Assembly: GCA_938028585.1 (NCBI GenBank)
Contig: CALIZH010000382.1
Coordinates: forward strand, 19,221-83,220
Length of the DNA stretch: 64,000 nt
Reading direction: 5' to 3'
DNA from: an uncultured Actinomyces sp.
GTDB lineage: Bacteria > Actinomycetota > Actinomycetes > Actinomycetales > Actinomycetaceae
The notes under the pieces are model-generated. The model was given only the letters and a program-made list of their open reading frames with translations. It had not been told where the DNA came from and did no database searches. How positions within the stretch are numbered: the first letter of the stretch is position 1; every line of letters begins with the position of its first letter. The position numbers and the translations under genes were made by a program. This document shows, piece after piece, positions 46,880 to 54,466 of the stretch.

Positions 46880-46922
46880 GGAAGCGGGTTGTTTCATGAT
46901 TGGAGCAGCCCGCTTCCTCTTT
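46880..46922 (+). terminator. Terminator after the RNAP gene
   Basis: GGAAGCGGGTTGTTTCA/TGGAGCAGCCCGCTTCC stem followed by TCTTT. Confidence 0.7.
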
Positions 46923-47010
46923 ATGAGCCGGTGTATCTCAATATGGTAGCAATAGTACGATATACTGATATACGAGTTGAAAACCCGTTCCAAGAAAGGA
47001 AATATGTATC

Positions 47011-48246
47011 ATGTCTGTGTCAGCTATGTCAGAGTGGATGGCGACAGTTCCACAAAGTGAGGTCAAGAGTCGTTATGGTCTTGAGGCTCATGAGTGGGCT
47101 GGTCCGCTTTCTGATCGAGTGATGGTGATTATCAATAAGAATGATCCGGCGCGAGAAGATCAGGTCAATGCATTGCTGCGTGATAATGCCGTGCTTCTTG
47201 AAGAGAGGTTTCAGGGTCACAGGCGGCCAGGACCTGACGAGGACTTTATTGATTATGCCGAGTTCCGTGATGCTATTGCCTGCGTTGTAGAAAACGGTGT
47301 TTCTATTAACGATGAAACCTATTCGCAAATCCATTATGTGGATAGTGCATGTGTACGTTCTCTTTCAAAGGCGCTGCTACGTCCTTATCACGAGGTATAT
47401 CCTAATGCCAACGTACAGGTTTATTATCGTCGTGAATTGCGCGAGCACGAGCAGTATCAAAAGCCTGATGATTCATATATCAAATCTGTTTATGGTCTGA
47501 GAGGTGATGAATGGACGGGCACATCAGCCGATGTGGAGAAGATCATCAATGACAAGATATCGAGGATGAGGCCGCGTATAATGGAGCAGCGTGTCAATGA
47601 TTTCTTGCGTGACCAAGTAGCTGTTTTCGAGATTGGTATGGAGAAGCTTGAGGCTGAGAACGCAACATATAATGATATGGGAGCGGATGCTTGTGTCTAT
47701 GGTTATGATCTGCGTGATTCAATCAAGGAAGCCGTAGAGAATGGTATTTTGATCAATGCTGAAACGATGAACGCTATCAAGAGGGTAGAGCATAACTACG
47801 TGACTCCCTATGCTCCTGAATTGTTGACGCGCCAATATGACGAGTTGCGTGAGCTTAATGATGCACGGAAGCACTACCGTGAGACTGCACCAACGCTTGT
47901 TTCGTCTCATGCTGAGAAGAAGCCTGGGTTATCGACACTAGCGGCTCAGGAAATTGCTGATTTTTCGGTCATCACAGGTGGAAGTGCTCATGGTAAAGAA
48001 CAGGTTCGGCTCGCTAACGCTTTGGAGCAATGGACTCGCTCAATGGGGCGTGACACTGATGGTCAGCCTTTAGCTTCGCCCACTCCATCCCAGGGTTCTC
48101 GCCAGGGGTCTATTGCGGCGGTGCTTCCCGGTAGCAGTATCACTGTTGGCCGTCAGGCATCTCGTGTACGGTCAACGTCTGTGTCTCACAAGCCAGCGCC
48201 ACAGAGGTCGGATTCGCATGAAGCTGATGGTGGTTTCGAGCTGTAA
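47011..48246 (+). CDS. Repeat-domain protein A (two YGL..EW.G domains), ends DGGFEL
   Basis: Internal duplication; paralog of 48428..49591. Confidence 0.8.
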   Translation: MSVSAMSEWMATVPQSEVKSRYGLEAHEWAGPLSDRVMVIINKNDPAREDQVNALLRDNAVLLEERFQGHRRPGPDEDFIDYAEFRDAIACVVENGVSINDETYSQIHYVDSACVRSLSKALLRPYHEVYPNANVQVYYRRELREHEQYQKPDDSYIKSVYGLRGDEWTGTSADVEKIINDKISRMRPRIMEQRVNDFLRDQVAVFEIGMEKLEAENATYNDMGADACVYGYDLRDSIKEAVENGILINAETMNAIKRVEHNYVTPYAPELLTRQYDELRELNDARKHYRETAPTLVSSHAEKKPGLSTLAAQEIADFSVITGGSAHGKEQVRLANALEQWTRSMGRDTDGQPLASPTPSQGSRQGSIAAVLPGSSITVGRQASRVRSTSVSHKPAPQRSDSHEADGGFEL

Positions 48247-48266
48247 GGTCTTGTAGCGATTCACGT

Positions 48267-48320
48267 AAGCGGGTCATGCTCATGCTCTTGTATCAAGGGC
48301 TGAGCATGGCCTGCTTCTTT
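48267..48320 (+). terminator. Terminator
   Basis: AAGCGGGTCATGCTCA/TGAGCATGGCCTGCTT followed by CTTT. Confidence 0.65.
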
Positions 48321-48427
48321 ATGCTCGTTTTGTGTGAGTTTTCAGGGTATTCGTCTCGTTTTTAGTCTGGTCATACGGTATACTGATAAGTGGAATACCC
48401 GTCATATTTTATGAGAAGGAGACAACC

Positions 48428-49591
48428 GTGTTGATGGATAGAAATCTCACGAACGATGAGATCAGGCAGCGTTATGGTCTTGAACCATACGAGTGGACCA
48501 GCACGCTCGATGGCACGATGGCTGCGATCGTAGGCAAGGACATGCCGGATCGAGATGCATATGCGAATGCTCTGTTGCGAGATGGCGTGAAAGCCTTTGA
48601 GCGGGAAATGGAGCTGGATGAGTATGAAGGTCGTGTAGATAACGAGTTGCGCGATGCCATCTCTCAGGCGACATGGGGCGGTGTCATCATTGATGATCCA
48701 ACCATGATTGCTATTCAAGATGCCGATGATCAGTATGTTCTCCCTGTTGGAGTCGAGTCTCTTGGTCGTACGTACTATGCAGTTCATCAGGTCGATGATG
48801 CAAAGCTCGCTGATCTCAGGCTCGATATGCGGTTCCCTCAGCCTACAGAGGCTGAAATCAAGCAGTACTACGGTCTTGATCCCCACGAATGGACAGGATC
48901 ATTGGCCGATAAGGTCAGGACTGTGATCAATAAGAACGAGCCTGAGAGAGATGAACATGTTAATGCTTTGCTTCGTGATGGAGCTATCCGTACTGGCGAA
49001 AAGATTCAGTACTATGAAGCCGACTATACGCGGTCGGGGTGGCTTGAACCATGTGTGAATAACGAGGGCGACAAGCTCTATGGTGCTGCAATAGAAGCAG
49101 CCTGGAGCGGGATCCTTATCAACGATGAAGCCATGGCTGAGATCAGTAAGATTGAACGCGACTACGTTCGTCCCTATGGCAAGGCTACGATGGTGCAAGA
49201 TTATGCACAGCTGCATGATCTGAACAATGCGCGTGCGTATTATCGCCAGAACATGGCTCAGATGCAACAGAGCCAGCATGAAAATGTGAGTTCTCAGCCT
49301 GCCCGGGCTTCAGTGCCAACGGTAAGCGTTCGCGGTCAGCGCGGCCCAGGTCAGCCTGTGCGCGTGGGCGATGTTGCCAAGCAATGGATGGCGTCAATGG
49401 GTCGTGGCACAGATGGCCGACCTTTGGCTCCATCGTCTGGGTCTCAGAAGACACAGGGGATGATTCAGGCTGCACTGCCGGGGAGCGGCATAAAGGTTGG
49501 CTCTGCTCCGCGTGTTCCTTCAACTACTCGTCGTATGGGTGCTCCTGCTCCACAGCAGGCGCGTCGGGACGAGGCGAGTTTCGAGCTGTGA
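48428..49591 (+). CDS. Repeat-domain protein B (two YGL..EW domains), ends EASFEL
   Basis: Internal duplication; shares QW..SMGR.TDG.PLA and LPGS.I.VG blocks with protein A. Confidence 0.8.
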   Translation: MLMDRNLTNDEIRQRYGLEPYEWTSTLDGTMAAIVGKDMPDRDAYANALLRDGVKAFEREMELDEYEGRVDNELRDAISQATWGGVIIDDPTMIAIQDADDQYVLPVGVESLGRTYYAVHQVDDAKLADLRLDMRFPQPTEAEIKQYYGLDPHEWTGSLADKVRTVINKNEPERDEHVNALLRDGAIRTGEKIQYYEADYTRSGWLEPCVNNEGDKLYGAAIEAAWSGILINDEAMAEISKIERDYVRPYGKATMVQDYAQLHDLNNARAYYRQNMAQMQQSQHENVSSQPARASVPTVSVRGQRGPGQPVRVGDVAKQWMASMGRGTDGRPLAPSSGSQKTQGMIQAALPGSGIKVGSAPRVPSTTRRMGAPAPQQARRDEASFEL

Positions 49592-49606
49592 GAAAAGGAG
49601 AATGAG

Positions 49607-51268
49607 ATGAGTCGGCCACCTCGTGAGCTTCCAGCGCCTCGTTACGGTGGGGAGCCTCGCAAGCCAGCAGTTGACGAGAACGTGACAGAGACGATCGTCA
49701 TTGATCCGGTGATTGAGCCGGAGCCTGCGCCTACCCCTGTCCAAGGGGTTCCGCGTCTGGACTGGGGCCAGCAGCTCCGCCGTGAGATGCGTAGCCATGC
49801 TGATGGGTATTTACACGCATTGAAGCAAGTGAATTTGAAAGGTGAGAGGCGCAAGGCCGATCTCGCCTCTCGCGCCAACGATCTGAAAGGTAAGCACAAG
49901 GCGTATGCGTCCATGATGGTGCTCAGCGCCTTGGTGCCTCTTAAAGACGGTGTGTCGATGTCGGCTGTTGCCGAGTCACTCGGTATGGGCGTGACGATGT
50001 GGTTATTGTCGCCGAACTTCCGTCAGCAGGTAGGGTCGTTTACGCGCGATGCTCGCATGGCGATTGAAGACATGGCTAATGCCAGGCGCAAACACCAGCG
50101 TGAGCAGGTGAACCGCGATATCCAAGAGCACAAGGAGAAGCACGGTGGGGAACTGCCGTGGTCCTTGAAGCGTCGCTTGGAGCGTATCGAGGCAAGTGAG
50201 CGAGGTGACCGTCTTCCGTTTAACGAGATGAGCGCCGCGCTGACCCATATTGGCCTGAGTGAAGCAGCGTTTGAGCAAATGCGCGCTCCTGGGGCCGATC
50301 CAGCTGAGGTGCAAGAAAACTACGATCGCCTGATGGAGCGTTTCTGGGACGATGTTCAGCTCGATGGGTTGGATGTAGGCCGCGTGAGTGCACTCAGTCG
50401 CATGTTCGTAGGCCAGCGTATGGCGTATGAGCCTGAGTGGGCCTATCGCTTTGTCGAGACGGCTCATGGCGAGGTCGATATGGATATGACCGAGCAGATT
50501 GATCCGCGAACAGGTGAGCTGGGTCGTACATGGTCGGGCAAGTGGTCGACGCGTGCGGGCGAGTCTGTTATCAGCGGAGCCTTTACTGTGCGACCCCCGT
50601 ACACAGACATGCAGCATGAGATGTCGCTCAGCGTGACTATGGCTCGTGAGATGGAACGTGCTGCTTTGAACGGTAACCTTGTCGATCTTAATGAGACGTT
50701 GATGGCGTATGGCTCGGCATGGTTTGTTCGAGACAAGGTTCTCGACACCCAAGCGATTCCAGGTCAAATGGGTGAAAAGATTCGTCGCGCTCAGCGTGGG
50801 CTTGAAGCCATGGAGTTTGACGGCTTTGGTCGAGATCTCCAGCGTGATGTCTATTCGACGTCGTTTGTCCACGCAATGGAATTGGTCGCGAAGGCGCATC
50901 CTGATATCGAACGCCACTGGGCACAACAGTATGGTTCGCAGTGGAGGTCGGAGATGCGGGATTTCGCCGCAAGCCCCGAGGAAACCTACAACAGGTGGCA
51001 GCGGGGTGAGTTCTACTCTGATCCACGCGAGTCGCCAGGGCATGATAACGCTCATGCAGATGCACACACGGAGCGGATGAGGAGCGATAAGGAACGCCGT
51101 CGTCATGCGTACAACCGTGCTCGTGACAACCAGGAGTACAACGAGCATGAGACGTCGGCATTCACGGCTGAGACTGATTTTGAACTCAACGATGTTGACG
51201 ATGGGTTCGAGATGGGTGAGTCTGACCAATTTAAACGAGAGGATGGTGATGAGCCGTCACTCGGGTAA
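49607..51268 (+). CDS. Hypothetical protein (553 aa) with acidic C-terminus containing DFEL/DDGFEM
   Basis: AAAAGGAG RBS; long ORF with typical codon usage. Confidence 0.8.
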   Translation: MSRPPRELPAPRYGGEPRKPAVDENVTETIVIDPVIEPEPAPTPVQGVPRLDWGQQLRREMRSHADGYLHALKQVNLKGERRKADLASRANDLKGKHKAYASMMVLSALVPLKDGVSMSAVAESLGMGVTMWLLSPNFRQQVGSFTRDARMAIEDMANARRKHQREQVNRDIQEHKEKHGGELPWSLKRRLERIEASERGDRLPFNEMSAALTHIGLSEAAFEQMRAPGADPAEVQENYDRLMERFWDDVQLDGLDVGRVSALSRMFVGQRMAYEPEWAYRFVETAHGEVDMDMTEQIDPRTGELGRTWSGKWSTRAGESVISGAFTVRPPYTDMQHEMSLSVTMAREMERAALNGNLVDLNETLMAYGSAWFVRDKVLDTQAIPGQMGEKIRRAQRGLEAMEFDGFGRDLQRDVYSTSFVHAMELVAKAHPDIERHWAQQYGSQWRSEMRDFAASPEETYNRWQRGEFYSDPRESPGHDNAHADAHTERMRSDKERRRHAYNRARDNQEYNEHETSAFTAETDFELNDVDDGFEMGESDQFKREDGDEPSLG

Positions 51269-51317
51269 GATTGATACGCGTGGTTAGTGAAAGAAACGTA
51301 AGAGAAGGGAGCGAGCA

Positions 51318-51647
51318 ATGCTCGGTTTTCCAACAGATGATGGGTTGATGGGTGATCTTTTTGGCGTGAAGCCAGAAGATCGTGATGCATGGAATCAGGA
51401 GCGACAGAGGCGGCTTGAGCGTCAGCGACAAAGTGCTCCGTCGCTTGGGGTGCTCAATCGTGCAGCCACCGCCATGTACAACATTGGCGCGACAGGCATT
51501 ACCTCACAGATGCGAGCTGCTTACATCGAAGAGCAGCGTGGCACGATGAGTAAGAAAACGGAGACGACAACGACGACTGTTACGCGCACTCAGTCACACA
51601 ACGTTGAGCCAGAAGACGAAGTGGATTCGCCTACCTATGGGTTCTAA
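51318..51647 (+). CDS. Hypothetical protein (109 aa) ending in EVDSPTYGF
   Basis: GAAGGGAG RBS; followed by hairpin 51661-51708. Confidence 0.7.
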   Translation: MLGFPTDDGLMGDLFGVKPEDRDAWNQERQRRLERQRQSAPSLGVLNRAATAMYNIGATGITSQMRAAYIEEQRGTMSKKTETTTTTVTRTQSHNVEPEDEVDSPTYGF

Positions 51648-51773
51648 GGCTCGATGCACACTGTGATAGCCCCACGGAGCTTACGGCTTTATGGTGGGGC
51701 TATTACAGTATGTTATACTGGTATATGAATGTAATCGTTAGTTTTAACGGAAGGATTGAAACGAGGGTAGGTT

Positions 51774-52112
51774 ATGGTTTCGACACATAGGGATCGAGAG
51801 GACGGTCGCCTGACAAAAACGAAGCTTTTGCATCGCGTCTCTCATCGCACTCACGTCGATATAGCGACGGTACGAGCTGTGTACGGCGCTCTCATTGACG
51901 AGATTATTGAAACCGTTCGATCAGGCGGGTCTGTCATGCTGACAGGTTTCGGGCGTTTTTACAGGCTGCATAAGCATGGCCATGCTGTGCAGTTCACGAA
52001 GTCAGGTTCGGGCCGAGTGCCCGATTATGACGTTTTGAAGTTTTCGGCGCCATTGACACTGAATCGTTCGCTTACCGCATCGGATGATCACGGTGAGGAT
52101 GCAGACGAATAG
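51774..52112 (+). CDS. HU/IHF-family DNA-binding protein
   Basis: LTKTKLLHRVS..IIETVRSGGSVMLTGFGRF..VLKFSA. Confidence 0.85.
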   Translation: MVSTHRDREDGRLTKTKLLHRVSHRTHVDIATVRAVYGALIDEIIETVRSGGSVMLTGFGRFYRLHKHGHAVQFTKSGSGRVPDYDVLKFSAPLTLNRSLTASDDHGEDADE

Positions 52113-52122
52113 AGTCATACGG

Positions 52123-52169
52123 CAAAAACAATACCCCGAGCACGGTCATGTGCCCGGGGTATTGTTTTG
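52123..52169. terminator. Bidirectional terminator between convergent blocks
   Basis: AAAACAATACCCC/GGGGTATTGTTTT. Confidence 0.8.
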
Positions 52170-52183
52170 TGTGATAGGTGCGG

Positions 52184-52885
52184 TTACTGGCGGAGCCTGC
52201 TCAGGATACGCTCGCGGTAGTCCCTGATGCCGTCTTCGTCTTCGCTCAAGTACTCCAGCGAAGAGAACACGTCAGTTTCGTGGCCGCGCATCGCGTCTGC
52301 GAGCTGCTCAATGGAGTAACCGGCTAGGTCACCGATTGCATCTGGGTCGTTCCACGAGAAGTAATTGATGAAGTTCTCGATACCCATGCGGCTGAAATCT
52401 GTGTAGAACGTGGCGTCGAAACCGTAGTCTTCTAGAGATGAGACCGAAAGATCATCGGATGATTCATCGCCAATAACTGTTGCGGTGGTGTCGAAATCTC
52501 GGCCCTCGTGCTTGTGGTAATAGGCGCAGCCACTTGCCACGAAGCTTTGGCCAAACTCGTACTCGCGCCAGGTGAGCGTGACGTTGAACCACGAATTTGT
52601 CAGCGTATCGAGGGTCTTTGCGTCGATAGAGTCGAGATTTTCGTTGATCCAGGGGATCATGCGTTCAGCATTGGTGGCGTATGTCCATCGGCCTGAGCCG
52701 TAGAAGGGCACGACGCCAACGGTGTCACCTTCATCGTTTGTCGAGACTTGGATGTTGTCGGGGTTGAACGTGGTGTCATAACCGAAGTGGCTGGCGGTGT
52801 TAAAGACTTCGACAACCGCGTCAAGTGCTGCTTTGTTGGGTGCTTTGAAGATGATGACACCTTCTGCGTAAGAAATGTTAGCCAT
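52184..52885 (-). CDS. Acidic hypothetical protein (233 aa)
   Basis: GAAAAGGA RBS; full-length ORF; no recognised domain. Confidence 0.75.
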   Translation of the reverse strand: MANISYAEGVIIFKAPNKAALDAVVEVFNTASHFGYDTTFNPDNIQVSTNDEGDTVGVVPFYGSGRWTYATNAERMIPWINENLDSIDAKTLDTLTNSWFNVTLTWREYEFGQSFVASGCAYYHKHEGRDFDTTATVIGDESSDDLSVSSLEDYGFDATFYTDFSRMGIENFINYFSWNDPDAIGDLAGYSIEQLADAMRGHETDVFSSLEYLSEDEDGIRDYRERILSRLRQ

Positions 52886-52929
52886 GGTGAATATCCTTTT
52901 CGTGAATAGGGGGGGATGGATTAGGTTGT

Positions 52930-53391
52930 TTACGAAGGATACGGAAATTGTGCTCCGCGTAAGTAACGATCCACATACGCTTCCACATAAACGTCTTGAT
53001 TGGCATAAGCGGTGATTGTAAAGATATCCGGCGTGTACAATTTGTCGTTTTGAACGATCTTAAAGACTGGATATTCTACGCCGTTGATGTCGACGAATAA
53101 TGTGTACGTCTGTAGAGTTTCGAGCGAAGACGAAGTAAGGCTCACTGTTGTTTCATCATCAGGTTCAAGGTAAGCGGATCTGATGCGCGCATCAGGCTTA
53201 CCCCAAACGTTAATGTATTGAATGAACGCGCGTTGAGTGTCGATTTGGATGTGAAGATGCATGTCATTGTCAAGGACGATAACGTTATTGTTGATCACAT
53301 TGGTGATGTAACGACCTTTAAGCACGTTAGTGAACTCACTATCAGTGCTGTACGCATGGAGCGTGGTAACTATACCGTTTCGAATACGCAT
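52930..53391 (-). CDS. Hypothetical protein (153 aa), AT-richer
   Basis: AAAGAGGA RBS; co-oriented with neighbours. Confidence 0.6.
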   Translation of the reverse strand: MRIRNGIVTTLHAYSTDSEFTNVLKGRYITNVINNNVIVLDNDMHLHIQIDTQRAFIQYINVWGKPDARIRSAYLEPDDETTVSLTSSSLETLQTYTLFVDINGVEYPVFKIVQNDKLYTPDIFTITAYANQDVYVEAYVDRYLRGAQFPYPS

Positions 53392-53405
53392 AGTATGATT
53401 CCTCT

Positions 53406-53696
53406 TTACTTGTTGTTTCTGAGACCAAAGCTTTCGGCTCGGTCTGGTGACGGTGTTGACGATCCATTCGTTCCATCGATGGAATAAATTCCTTGAAGAG
53501 TGTTGAATAGTTCGCGATTAATAGGTCCATGCTTCCATGCTTCAAAATCTTCAGGGAAGATAGGTTTATCCGTTAGAGCCAGGGACCAGCCTTGCGAAAG
53601 GTAAGTCAGCTTTTGGAGCTTGCGTGGGGAGATCGATTGGTCAAAATGCGCCAGAATATACTTTGATACATCAAAAATTGAGGTCATTGTGGTCAC
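53406..53696 (-). CDS. Panacea (DUF4065) antitoxin, C-terminally truncated (96 aa)
   Basis: IFDVSKYIL..ISPRKLQKLTYLSQG..PIFPEDFEAWKHGPINRELF; lacks the C-terminal E.PW part present in the copy at 2626. Confidence 0.75.
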   Translation of the reverse strand: MTTMTSIFDVSKYILAHFDQSISPRKLQKLTYLSQGWSLALTDKPIFPEDFEAWKHGPINRELFNTLQGIYSIDGTNGSSTPSPDRAESFGLRNNK

Positions 53697-53702
53697 CGTC
53701 TT

Positions 53703-54362
53703 TCACTGCTTTTGCTTCTTCGTCTTCTTTTTCTTTTTGGTCTTTTTCTGAGAGGGTTGTGCTGGTTGCATAGTCGGTGTTCCAAAAACTTTATTCAGTT
53801 CCTGATACATCGACGAGTGCTCACTGTGCGCTCGGATCGCTGTTGCAAGAGCGTCACGTTCGCGTGCAATCTGGAGAATAGCCTTTTTCAAACCTTCGAT
53901 GCGCTCAGAGTAGTTAATATCGTCGTTCAGACTGAGTTCTTGTTCGAACAGATCAATACCGTGAGCTGAAAGTTGCTTTTCCCATTTATGCAGTGCTTCA
54001 CCCGGTTTAGCTCCACCTAAACCAAGAGCGAAGGCAATACTGTTTTGGATGTTGTAGAGATCAAGAGGTGATACACGTCCGATGTATTGAGAAAGACGAG
54101 ATGTATCAATGTTCGTCACTTGATTACAGATGGCGATGGAACGTTGGTTGTTCGCATGAACGACCACGTGTGTAGCAGACGCACGTCGCTTGTCGCTTGA
54201 CGTGAGGTACACGACCTGAACAACACCAGAGTGTTGGTTCAAGGTGTCGTTACTAACGATGACGCCCGGCCTTCCTGACCACATCTCGTTGCCGACAGTT
54301 CCGCCTCCTGGGACAGGTGCGGGTTGAATGAACCAGATGTCGCCTCGGCGAATGTCTTGCAT
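53703..54362 (-). CDS. PemK/MazF-family endoribonuclease with C-terminal coiled-coil and Lys-rich extension
   Basis: IRRGDIWFI..GNEMWSGRPGVIVSND.LN..SGVVQVVYLTS..CNQVTNIDTSRL..YIG; start ATG 54362 after GAAAGGAG. Confidence 0.85.
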   Translation of the reverse strand: MQDIRRGDIWFIQPAPVPGGGTVGNEMWSGRPGVIVSNDTLNQHSGVVQVVYLTSSDKRRASATHVVVHANNQRSIAICNQVTNIDTSRLSQYIGRVSPLDLYNIQNSIAFALGLGGAKPGEALHKWEKQLSAHGIDLFEQELSLNDDINYSERIEGLKKAILQIARERDALATAIRAHSEHSSMYQELNKVFGTPTMQPAQPSQKKTKKKKKTKKQKQ

Positions 54363-54466
54363 GAGAACTCCTTTCAAAAAAGAGAGTAGTATAGAGCTTT
54401 GTGGTGTTGGTGCCCCGTTACCCCTGTAATGACACAGAGGTAACGGGGCAATTTTACAGACGATGA

